Source of the DNA: an uncultured Actinomycetota bacterium
GTDB taxonomy: Bacteria; Actinomycetota; Actinomycetes; Mycobacteriales; Jatrophihabitantaceae
DNA: 24,000 nt
Assembly (NCBI GenBank): GCA_963785425.1
Contig: CAWAVG010000002.1
Coordinates: 495,731-519,730, forward strand
Direction of reading: 5' to 3'
Shown here: positions 1 to 7,699 of the stretch, piece by piece
Position numbering within the stretch: the stretch's first letter is position 1
Layout of the letters: each line of letters begins with the position of its first letter
The notes under the pieces: generated by a model
Databases searched by the model: none
Seen by the model: only the letters and a program-made list of their open reading frames with translations
Told to the model about the DNA's origin: nothing
Position numbers and translations under genes: made by a program

Positions 1-584
1 TCGTCGAGGATCTGTCCGTCAAGCAGGCACTGTTCTCGAATCTCGACGACATCTGCGCCCCGAACACGGTGCTGGCCACCACCACGTCCAGCCTGCCGGT
101 GATCGAGTGCGCCTCGGCGACCTCGCGCCCGTCCGAGGTCATCGGGATGCACTTCTTCAACCCCGCCGCGATCATGAAGCTGGTCGAGGTGGTCTCGACG
201 GTGTCGACGACCCACGACGTCGAGGCGACCGTGCTCGACGTGACCCGCAAGATCGGCAAGCACGCCGTGCGCTGCGGCGACCGGGCCGGGTTCATCGTCA
301 ACGCCCTGCTGTTCCCGTACCTCAACGACGCGATCAAGATGCTCGAGGCGCACTACGCGACCGCCGACGACATCGACTCGGCGATGAAGGTCGGCTGCGG
401 TTATCCGATGGGCCCGTTCGAGCTGCTGGACGTGGTCGGCAACGACGTGTCGCTGGCCATCGAGCGCGAGCTGTTCGAGGAGTTCCGCGAGCCCGGGTTC
501 GCGCCGGCGCCGCTGCTCGAGCACCTCGTCACGGCGGGCCGCCTCGGCCGCAAGACCGGCAAGGGCTTCCGCGACTACAGCTGA
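1..584 (+). CDS. hbd: 3-hydroxybutyryl-CoA dehydrogenase (3-hydroxyacyl-CoA dehydrogenase family), 5'-truncated at the window edge
   Basis: Frame 3 is open from nt 3 (VEDLSVKQALFSNLDDICAPNTVLATTTSSL...) with stop TGA at 582-584. Motifs IGMHFFNPAAIMKLVEVV, GFIVNALLFPYLNDAIKMLE, GCGYPMGPFELLD and GRKTGKGF are typical of the C-terminal half of Hbd/FadB2-type enzymes. Confidence 0.9.
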   Translation, partial: VEDLSVKQALFSNLDDICAPNTVLATTTSSLPVIECASATSRPSEVIGMHFFNPAAIMKLVEVVSTVSTTHDVEATVLDVTRKIGKHAVRCGDRAGFIVNALLFPYLNDAIKMLEAHYATADDIDSAMKVGCGYPMGPFELLDVVGNDVSLAIERELFEEFREPGFAPAPLLEHLVTAGRLGRKTGKGFRDYS

Positions 585-599
585 GCAGCGCGCGTCCGT

Positions 600-669
600 C
601 GCGAGTGGTCACTTGTGGCGCGAGTGGTCAGCTATAAGTGACCACTCGGTGCATAAGTGACCACTCGCG
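600..669. repeat. Nested double-palindrome intergenic repeat, copy 1 (GAGTGGTCA x2 direct, then TGACCACTC x2 inverted); possible bidirectional terminator
   Basis: GCGAGTGGTCAC (601-612) pairs perfectly with GTGACCACTCGC (657-668). CGAGTGGTCA (621-630) pairs perfectly with TGACCACTCG (639-648). The apical loop is 8 nt. The element lies between the convergent hbd stop (584) and the DivIVA-like stop (681). Confidence 0.9.
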
Positions 670-680
670 GGACAAAGAGG

Positions 681-1598
681 TCAGTCGGCGGGGAGGGCGG
701 GCGCCTCGGCCTCGGAGCGCTCGATCTCGGCCCCGAGATTCGCGTGCAGTTCGCGCAGGTGCGCGTGCGAGCGGTCGCGCAGTTCTGCCAGCCGCTTGAC
801 CTCGGCCTGGGCCGTCGCGATGAGTTCCGCGGCGAGCGCCTTCGACTCGGTGCGGCGCTGCTCGATCTCGCGGTACGCGTCACTGCGGCGCCGGCGCAGC
901 GTCATCTCGAAGTCCTCGTTCGCCCGGTCGCGGCGCACCCGCGCCTCGGCATCGAGCCGGTCGCGCTCGGCCTCGGCCTCGGCGTCGAGACGTGTGCGCT
1001 CGGCGTCGGCGGCCTTCGTCAGCGACGCCTCTTGCGACTCCATGCGTTCACGCGTCTCGGCGAGTTCGGCCTCGACCTCGCTGCGGTGCTTGTCGACCTC
1101 GGCCATCTTGGCGCGGAACATCTCGTCGGCCTGCGCCTTGCGTTGGGTGGCCTCGCCGGTGATGCGCTCGGCCTCGGTCTGCGCAGCCGCGCGGGTACGC
1201 GCGGACGCGTCGGCCGCGCCGTTGCGGATGCGCTCGGCCTCCTCGTGGGCGTTCGAACGCAGCAGCGCCGCCTCGTTCTGCGCGGCCCGCAGGATCGCGG
1301 TGACGTGCGAGTCGACGTTGTCGGCCGTGACCTCTTCGGAGGCAGCGCGCAGTTGCCTGCGCAACGACTCGGCTTGAGCCTGAGAGCTCGCCAACTGGGC
1401 CGCGAGGTCGGCCGTCCGTGCGGCCGCGGCGTCGCGTTCGGCATTGGCGGCCCGGACGTCGGCATCGAGCCGCGCCAGGTACGAATCAACCTGCGCGCGG
1501 TCGTATCCGCGCATGACCGAGTCGAATCCGGGGTTCGCGTCGGTCAGCATGGGCAGGACATCGGTGTTCGAGCTGGTGTCTGCACGTCGATCGACCAT
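681..1598 (-). CDS. DivIVA-domain coiled-coil protein
   Basis: 305-aa ORF. The N-terminal FDSVMRGYDRAQVDSYLARLDADV matches the DivIVA-domain signature. The remainder is Ala/Glu/Arg-rich heptad-like coiled coil. An alternative start is Met at 1550. Confidence 0.75.
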   Translation of the reverse strand: MVDRRADTSSNTDVLPMLTDANPGFDSVMRGYDRAQVDSYLARLDADVRAANAERDAAAARTADLAAQLASSQAQAESLRRQLRAASEEVTADNVDSHVTAILRAAQNEAALLRSNAHEEAERIRNGAADASARTRAAAQTEAERITGEATQRKAQADEMFRAKMAEVDKHRSEVEAELAETRERMESQEASLTKAADAERTRLDAEAEAERDRLDAEARVRRDRANEDFEMTLRRRRSDAYREIEQRRTESKALAAELIATAQAEVKRLAELRDRSHAHLRELHANLGAEIERSEAEAPALPAD

Positions 1599-1651
1599 GG
1601 CTCGATTGTCCCACTGCTACCCCTGGCGAGACCAACCTGGGAGGCGGACTT

Positions 1652-2980
1652 TCAGACTCCTCGGAACCGGTTGATCGCGTCGATGTGCTCGGCCCGCAAC
1701 GCGGAGTCACGAACACCCAGACCCTCTTCCGGCGCCAGGCACAGCACTCCGACCTTGCCCTGGTGCATGTTGCGGTGCACGTCGTAGGCGGCCTGGCCGG
1801 TTTCGGCGAGCGGGTAGACCCGCGACAGCGTGGGGTGGATGGCGCCCTTGGCGATGAGCCGGTTCGCCTCCCACGACTCGCGGTAGTTCGCGAAGTGCGA
1901 CCCGATGATCCGCTTGAGCGTCATCCACAGGTAGCGGTTGTCGTACTCGTGCATGTAGCCCGACGTCGAGGCGCACGTCGTGATGGTGCCGCCCCGCCGC
2001 GTGACGAACACGCTCGCGCCGAAGGTCTCCCGTCCCGGGTGCTCGAACACGATGTCGATGTCGTCGCCGCCGGTGAGCTCGCGGATCTTCTTGCCGAACC
2101 GCTTCCACTCGGACGGCTGCTGCTCGCCGTCCTTCCAGAACTGGTACCCCTCCGCCGACCGGTCGATGATCAGCTCGGCGCCCATCGCCCGGCAGATCTC
2201 GGCCTTCTCCGGCGACGAGACGACGCACACCGGGATGGCCCCGCCGTTGAGCGCGTACTGCGTGGCGTAGCCGCCGAGACCGCCCGACGCGCCCCAGATC
2301 AGGACGGTGTCGCCCTGCTTCATGTTCGCGCCGTGGTGGCTGACGAGCTGGCGGTAGGCGGTCGAGTTGACCAGGCCGGGGGCGGCGGCTTCCTCCCAGG
2401 TCAGGTGCCCCGGCTTGGGCATGAGCTGGTTCGACTTCACCAAGGCCAGCTCGGCCAGCCCGCCGAAGTTCGTCTCGAAGCCCCAGATGCGCTGCTGGGG
2501 ATCCATCATCGTGTCGTCGTGGCCCTGCGGGTCCTCGAGCTCGACGGACAGGCAGTGGGCGACGACCTCGTCGCCGGCCTTCCAGCGGGTGACGCCCGGC
2601 CCCACGCGCAGCACGACGCCGGACAGGTCGGAACCGACCACGTGGTAGGGCAGATCGTGCTTGGCCGCCAGCGAGGACGAGGCGCCGTAGCGCTTGAGGA
2701 ACCCGAACGTCGACACCGGCTCGAAGATGGACGTCCAGACGGTGTTGTAGTTGATCGCGCTCGCCATGACGGCGACGATCGCCTCGCCCGGGCCGAGCTC
2801 GGGCGTGGGCACCTCCTGCAGGTGCAGGCTCTTGCGCGGGTCCTTGTCGCGGCTGGGGATGCCCTCGAACATGCCGACCTCGTCGGCGCGGACCACCTGT
2901 GCCTGGTAGGTGCCGGGGACGGGCAGCTCGGCGATCGAGTCGAGCTGATCGGTCAGGATCGCGGTGCGGATGTCATCCAC
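1652..2980 (-). CDS. ccr: Crotonyl-CoA carboxylase/reductase
   Basis: 442 aa, near-collinear with my recollection of Streptomyces Ccr. Shared blocks: KDPRKSLHLQEVPTPELGPGEA, NYNTVWTSIFEPVSTF, RIWGFETNFGGLAE, IWGASGGLGGYATQ, TCASTSGYMHEYDNRYLWM, HQGKVGVLCLAPEEGLGV and IDAINRFR. Confidence 0.93.
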   Translation of the reverse strand: MDDIRTAILTDQLDSIAELPVPGTYQAQVVRADEVGMFEGIPSRDKDPRKSLHLQEVPTPELGPGEAIVAVMASAINYNTVWTSIFEPVSTFGFLKRYGASSSLAAKHDLPYHVVGSDLSGVVLRVGPGVTRWKAGDEVVAHCLSVELEDPQGHDDTMMDPQQRIWGFETNFGGLAELALVKSNQLMPKPGHLTWEEAAAPGLVNSTAYRQLVSHHGANMKQGDTVLIWGASGGLGGYATQYALNGGAIPVCVVSSPEKAEICRAMGAELIIDRSAEGYQFWKDGEQQPSEWKRFGKKIRELTGGDDIDIVFEHPGRETFGASVFVTRRGGTITTCASTSGYMHEYDNRYLWMTLKRIIGSHFANYRESWEANRLIAKGAIHPTLSRVYPLAETGQAAYDVHRNMHQGKVGVLCLAPEEGLGVRDSALRAEHIDAINRFRGV

Positions 2981-3029
2981 GTCGAAGGCCTTTCACGTCG
3001 GTCGCGGTCGGTCGTGGGGGACGATGTTA

Positions 3030-3461
3030 CTAGACGGTAACTTGTTCCGCCGGTTGAACCAGCTCGACCAGGACTCCGCCGGCGTCCTTCGGGTGGATGA
3101 AGTTCACCCGCGAGTCGGACGTCCCCCGCCGGGGCTCGTCGTAGAGCAGCCGCAGGCCGCGCTCGCGCAGCGTCGCCGACACCGCATCGACGTCCTCGAC
3201 GGTGTAGGCGACCTGCTGCACACCGGGCCCGTTGCGGTCGAGGAACTTCGCGATCGTGCTCTGCGGTGACAACGGCGCGAGCAACTGGATGCGCGTTGTG
3301 CCGTCCCCGACGGCGAGCATCGCCTCGCGCACGCCCTGCTCCTCGTTGACCTCCTCGTGGACGCTCACGATCCCGAACGTCTCGCGGTAGAACGCGATCG
3401 CGTCGTCGAGGTCCGGCACCGCGATTCCGACATGGTCGATCTTCGTGAACAGGCCATCCAT
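3030..3461 (-). CDS. mce: Methylmalonyl-CoA (ethylmalonyl-CoA) epimerase, VOC/glyoxalase fold
   Basis: 143 aa. [40 protein letters not shown] and [16 protein letters not shown] are typical of Mce. It lies immediately upstream of ccr on the same strand. Confidence 0.88.
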   Translation of the reverse strand: MDGLFTKIDHVGIAVPDLDDAIAFYRETFGIVSVHEEVNEEQGVREAMLAVGDGTTRIQLLAPLSPQSTIAKFLDRNGPGVQQVAYTVEDVDAVSATLRERGLRLLYDEPRRGTSDSRVNFIHPKDAGGVLVELVQPAEQVTV

Positions 3462-3574
3462 CGCCTCATCGTGGCAACTGCAAGCGCTGTAGGTCCTGTC
3501 CGCGTGCCACCGGTCACAGCCGAGCCAGCCTCGTCCTGGCTAAGGTTGACGCAATTCCTGCGAGGAGGTCGCTC

Positions 3575-4759
3575 ATGGCTGGATCGGTCATCGTCAACGG
3601 CGCACGCACGCCGATGGGCCGGTTGATGGGATCGCTGAAGGACTTCTCCGGCGCCGACCTCGGCGGCTTCGCCATCACGGCTGCGCTGGAGCGTTCGGGC
3701 GTCGCGCCCGAGCAGGTGCAGTACGTGATCATGGGTCAGGTGCTGCAGGCCGGCGCGGGGCAGATCCCGGCGCGTCAGGCCGCGCACAAGGCGGGCATCC
3801 CGCTGAACGTCCCGGCGCTCACCATCAACAAGGTGTGCCTGTCGGGCCTGGACGCGATCGCGCTTGCCGACCAGCTGATCCGCGCCGGCGAGTTCGACAT
3901 CGTCGTGGCCGGTGGACAGGAGTCGATGACCAACGCGCCGCACCTGCTGCCGAAGTCGCGTGCCGGGTACAAGTACGGCTCGATCGAGATGCTCGATGCG
4001 ATGGCCTTCGACGGCCTCACCGACATCTTCGAGAACATCCCGATGGGCGAGTCGACCGACAACGTCAACAAGAAGCTGTCGATCGGACGCGAGGAGCAGG
4101 ACGAGTTCGCGGCACGTTCGCACCAGCGCGCTGCGATCGCCGCGAAGAACGGCGCCTTCGACGACGAGATCACGCCGGTGCTGATCCCGCAGCGCAAGGG
4201 TGACCCGATCGAGTTCCGCGACGACGAGGGCATTCGGGCCGACACGACCGCCGAGTCGCTGGCCAAGCTGCGTCCCGCGTTCAACAAGGACGGCACGATC
4301 ACCGCCGGGTCGGCGTCCCAGATCTCGGACGGGGCCGCCGCGGTCGTCGTCATGAGCAAGGCCAAGGCCGAGGAGCTCGGGCTGACCTGGATCGCCGAGA
4401 TCGGTGCACACGGCAATGTCGCCGGTCCTGACAACTCGCTGCAGTCGCAGCCGTCCAACGCGATCAAGGATGCATTGCGCAAGGAGAACCTCTCCGTCTC
4501 CGATCTCGACCTGATCGAGATCAACGAGGCGTTCGCAGCAGTCGGCATCCAGTCGATGAAGGACCTCGGCGTCAACGAGGACATCGTCAACGTCAACGGC
4601 GGTGCGATCGCGCTCGGCCACCCCATCGGCATGTCCGGCGCGCGGCTCGCGCTCACCCTCGCCTACGAGCTCAAGCGGCGCGGTGGCGGCACGGGTGCGG
4701 CCGCGCTGTGTGGCGGCGGTGGCCAGGGCGACGCGCTCATCCTGCACGTGCCGGCCTGA
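3575..4759 (+). CDS. Acetyl-CoA C-acetyltransferase (thiolase II)
   Basis: 394 aa. Contains the active-site Cys context [12 protein letters not shown], plus [20 protein letters not shown] and the C-terminal CGGGGQG thiolase signatures. RBS GAGGAGG at 3563-3569. Confidence 0.93.
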   Translation: MAGSVIVNGARTPMGRLMGSLKDFSGADLGGFAITAALERSGVAPEQVQYVIMGQVLQAGAGQIPARQAAHKAGIPLNVPALTINKVCLSGLDAIALADQLIRAGEFDIVVAGGQESMTNAPHLLPKSRAGYKYGSIEMLDAMAFDGLTDIFENIPMGESTDNVNKKLSIGREEQDEFAARSHQRAAIAAKNGAFDDEITPVLIPQRKGDPIEFRDDEGIRADTTAESLAKLRPAFNKDGTITAGSASQISDGAAAVVVMSKAKAEELGLTWIAEIGAHGNVAGPDNSLQSQPSNAIKDALRKENLSVSDLDLIEINEAFAAVGIQSMKDLGVNEDIVNVNGGAIALGHPIGMSGARLALTLAYELKRRGGGTGAAALCGGGGQGDALILHVPA

Positions 4760-4777
4760 TCTGCCGGCTGCCACCGC

Positions 4778-5749
4778 GTGCCCCGTCGCAACGTCGACCA
4801 AGCCGCGATCGACGACCTGGTCGAACGCACTCGCAAGTCCGAACCGCGGGCAGTAGCGCGACTGATCTCGCTCGTCGAGAACGATTCGCCGCGGCTGCGC
4901 GACGTCGCCGCCGCGCTCGCCCCACACGCCGGTCATGCCCAGTTCGTCGGGCTCACCGGCGCGCCGGGCGTGGGGAAGTCGACGACCACGTCCGCGCTGG
5001 TGACCACCCTGCGCGCGGCCGGCAAGACGGTCGGTGTGCTCGCGGTCGACCCGTCCTCGCCGTTCTCGGGCGGCGCCCTGCTCGGCGACCGCGTGCGGAT
5101 GCAGGACCATGCCACCGACACCGGGGTGTTCATCCGGTCGATGGCTTCGCGCGGGCAACTGGGCGGGCTCTCGGGAGCGGTACCGCAGGCATTGCGGGTG
5201 TTGGACGTGGCCGGCTGCGACGTCGTGCTCGTCGAGACCGTGGGCGTCGGCCAGGCCGAGGTCGAGATCGCCTCGCTGGCCGACACGACGCTCCTGGTGC
5301 TCGCGCCGGGGATGGGTGACGGCATCCAGGCCGCGAAGGCCGGCATCATCGAGGTCGCTGACGTGTTCGTCGTCAACAAGGCCGATCGCGACGGCGCCGA
5401 TCAGGTGGCGCGCGACCTGCGGTACATGCAGTCGCTGGGCGGGCGGCACAGCGACGCGGGCGCGTGGCGACCGCCGATCGTGAAGACGTCGGCCGCCCGC
5501 AACGAGGGCATCGACGAGGTCGTCGCCGCGATCGAGAAGCACCGCACGTGGATGGAGGAGCACGGCGAACTCGAACGCCGCCGCCGCGCCCGGGCGGCCA
5601 CCGAGATCGAGGCGATCGCCGTGGGGGAGGTGCGGCAGCGCTTCGCAGCGGTTCACGGATCGAAGGCGCTCGACGCGGCAGCAGCGCGCGTCGTGGCCGG
5701 CGAGACCGATCCCTACGCCGCCGCCGAGGACCTCATCGCGACGCTCTAG
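4778..5749 (+). CDS. meaB: Methylmalonyl-CoA mutase-associated GTPase MeaB/ArgK (G3E family)
   Basis: 323 aa with a GTG start. Walker A GAPGVGKST; G3E blocks VLAVDPSSPFSGGALLGDR, ETVGVGQ and VVNKADRD. Confidence 0.9.
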   Translation: MPRRNVDQAAIDDLVERTRKSEPRAVARLISLVENDSPRLRDVAAALAPHAGHAQFVGLTGAPGVGKSTTTSALVTTLRAAGKTVGVLAVDPSSPFSGGALLGDRVRMQDHATDTGVFIRSMASRGQLGGLSGAVPQALRVLDVAGCDVVLVETVGVGQAEVEIASLADTTLLVLAPGMGDGIQAAKAGIIEVADVFVVNKADRDGADQVARDLRYMQSLGGRHSDAGAWRPPIVKTSAARNEGIDEVVAAIEKHRTWMEEHGELERRRRARAATEIEAIAVGEVRQRFAAVHGSKALDAAAARVVAGETDPYAAAEDLIATL

Positions 5750-6948
5750 GTCGGCAACGACTCGATGAACTGCATCGTGTACTTCAAGGTCAGCTCGGGG
5801 TGTTCGAACTGGGGTACGTGACCGCAGTCGTCGAGCACGATGGATCGCGCGTCCGGCAGGGCCTCGGTGACGAACCGCGCGAATCCCGACGGCACGAGCA
5901 CGTCGCGGTCGCCCCACAGGAACAGCGCGGGCGGTTTCAGCTCGGGCAACCGGTCCCAGAATCCGTCCGCGCCGAAGGGTTCGTCGAGATACACGTGCCG
6001 TAGCGCCGAGAAGGTGGCCAACCGGTTGGCGCGGATGCCCAGTACCCGCGCGAACTCGTCGATGGCCGAGTCGTACCAGGTGTCGGGCAGGCGCGACGGG
6101 TCGGCGAACAGGTTGCGCAGGCCGCGCATCGCGAGTGCGCGGGGTAGCCGCAGCGGCAGTGACACCACCTGATCGGGCACGAGACGCACGAACGGGACGA
6201 GCTGGCGCAGCTTGCGGAACGCGACGGCCGGGCACAGCAGCACCAGCCCGCGTACCGCGTCCGGCGCATCGAGCGCCGCCTGCAGGGCGGTCCGTCCACC
6301 GAGGCTGTTGCCGACGAGGACGGCGGGCTGCGAGCAGGTCTCGCGCAGGAAGGCCGCGAGCCACTTCCCGAGGTACGCCGCCCGGTGGGGCGAGGTCGTC
6401 GCCTGGGTGCCGCCGTGGCCGGGCAGGTCGGGCGCGAGCACGCGGTACGAGCGGGCGAGCGCCGGGATCATCGGCAGCATCGAGGCATTCGTGGCCGACA
6501 GCCCGTGCACGAGCACCACCGGCGGGGCATCGTGCGGGCCCGACTCGAGGTAGAACGTCTCGATCCCGTCGGCGTGCACCGACCGGGTCAGCGTGCGCGA
6601 GTCGTCGGCGGGATCGCCCGGGAACAACCCGTCCAGCTGCAGCGCCAGCGCGAGGTTGCCACGCACGGTCAGGTCGCCGGCGAGGAACGCCTCGATACCG
6701 CTGCGCCGTCCGGACACGACATCGGTCAGGACGGGCATCGGCGCGCGAACGGTCGTCGTTGGCACGATGGGCATGCCGACGCGTGCCGAGGCCCGCCCGC
6801 GGTCGATGTCGACCGTCCAGCTCGCCAGGCCACCCGCCGTGAACAGGATCGTGGCATTCGTGTCGGCCAGCAGTGGGGAGTAGAGCCCGATCAGCCGATC
6901 GCGCAGCAACGGCAGCAGATCGGTATCGGACACGTGTCCATCTTGCAT
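5746..6948 (-). CDS. SCP2-like N-terminal domain fused to an alpha/beta-fold hydrolase
   Basis: 400 aa. The N-terminal region with FLAGDLTVRGNLALALQLDGLF resembles an SCP2 sterol-carrier fold. It has HG-type VVLVHGLSA, the nucleophile elbow GNSLGG, and a C-terminal DDCGHVPQFEHPE catalytic His context. Its stop overlaps the meaB stop in the palindrome CTAG (5746-5749). Confidence 0.75.
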   Translation of the reverse strand: MQDGHVSDTDLLPLLRDRLIGLYSPLLADTNATILFTAGGLASWTVDIDRGRASARVGMPIVPTTTVRAPMPVLTDVVSGRRSGIEAFLAGDLTVRGNLALALQLDGLFPGDPADDSRTLTRSVHADGIETFYLESGPHDAPPVVLVHGLSATNASMLPMIPALARSYRVLAPDLPGHGGTQATTSPHRAAYLGKWLAAFLRETCSQPAVLVGNSLGGRTALQAALDAPDAVRGLVLLCPAVAFRKLRQLVPFVRLVPDQVVSLPLRLPRALAMRGLRNLFADPSRLPDTWYDSAIDEFARVLGIRANRLATFSALRHVYLDEPFGADGFWDRLPELKPPALFLWGDRDVLVPSGFARFVTEALPDARSIVLDDCGHVPQFEHPELTLKYTMQFIESLPT

Positions 6949-6963
6949 CAGTACGATTCGCGG

Positions 6964-7635
6964 ATGCCCAGCCTGGACCGCGACGGAGAGGTCTTTCTAC
7001 TCGACCTCGGCGATACCGAGAACCGCTTCCATCCCGACTGGCTCAAGGAGGTGCAGCAGCATCTCACCGAGATCGACGCCGCCGAGGGCGACCGCGCACT
7101 CGTCACGACCGCCACTGGGAAGTTCTTCTCGAACGGGCTCGATCTCGAGTGGCTGTCGCAGAACGGCGAACGGTTCCTCGACTACGTCATCGACGTGCAC
7201 GCAGTGCTCGCGCGGCTGCTGGCGCTGCCGGCGCCGACGGTCGCCGCTGTGCAGGGACACGCGTTCGCCGGCGGCGGCATGCTCGCCCTCGCGCACGACT
7301 TCCGGGTGATGCGCGCCGACCGGGGGTTCTTCTGCCTGCCCGAGGTCGACATCAACATCCCGTTCACCCGAGGCATGTCGGGGTTGATCCAGGGCAAGCT
7401 CTCGCACAAGGCGGCGCACGAGGCGATGACGACCGGACGGCGTTACGGGGGCACCGACGCGCTCGCCGCGGAAATCGTCGACGCGGTCGCGCACGAGGAC
7501 GACGTGGTGTCCTCGGCGATCGAGCTGGCCCGTCCGCTCGCCGGGAAAGCGGGCACGACACTCGGGACGATCAAGGAGCGCATGTACGCGGACGCTCTCG
7601 CGGCGCTGCGAGACACCGACCACCCGATCGACTGA
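6964..7635 (+). CDS. Enoyl-CoA hydratase/isomerase (crotonase) family protein
   Basis: Only the last 223 aa of track ORF 6385..7635 look like protein (MPSLDRDGEVFLLDLG...GKFFSNGLDLEW...AVQGHAFAGGGMLALAHDFRVM). ATG at 6964. The upstream part of that ORF is antisense shadow of the hydrolase gene. Confidence 0.8.
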   Translation: MPSLDRDGEVFLLDLGDTENRFHPDWLKEVQQHLTEIDAAEGDRALVTTATGKFFSNGLDLEWLSQNGERFLDYVIDVHAVLARLLALPAPTVAAVQGHAFAGGGMLALAHDFRVMRADRGFFCLPEVDINIPFTRGMSGLIQGKLSHKAAHEAMTTGRRYGGTDALAAEIVDAVAHEDDVVSSAIELARPLAGKAGTTLGTIKERMYADALAALRDTDHPID

Positions 7636-7699
7636 CAGTGGTCAGTTCGGGCCTCAGTGGTCAGCTAGGACCGACCACTGGGGCCGAAACTAACCACTG
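7636..7699. repeat. Nested double-palindrome repeat, copy 2 (decayed: CAGTGGTCA x2 / CGACCACTG, TAACCACTG)
   Basis: Same two-direct, two-inverted layout as copy 1, with cores at 7636, 7655, 7672 and 7691. The 29-nt arms (7636-7664 and 7671-7699) pair with 4 mismatches and 1 wobble. It starts directly after the crotonase stop (7635) and overlaps the last codons and stop of the DUF2127 gene (7690). Confidence 0.8.

Noticed and set aside
1525-1550. tRNA T-loop-like string GAGTCGAATCCGGGGTTCG
   Set aside because: It has no acceptor, D or anticodon arms around it, and it lies inside the DivIVA-like CDS in a region that encodes the conserved DivIVA motif.
657-3040. Plus-strand ORFs 657..1787 and 1685..3040 (376 and 451 aa)
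   Set aside because: They are antisense shadows of the DivIVA-like gene and ccr. They are low-complexity Arg/Gly/Leu/Val-rich translations without domain signatures.
3365-6364. 999-aa minus-strand ORF spanning the mce/thiolase/meaB/hydrolase region
   Set aside because: Its composition is extreme Arg/Gly/Ala/Pro low complexity. It runs antisense to, or frame-shifted over, three genes with clear homology. This is a typical high-GC shadow ORF.
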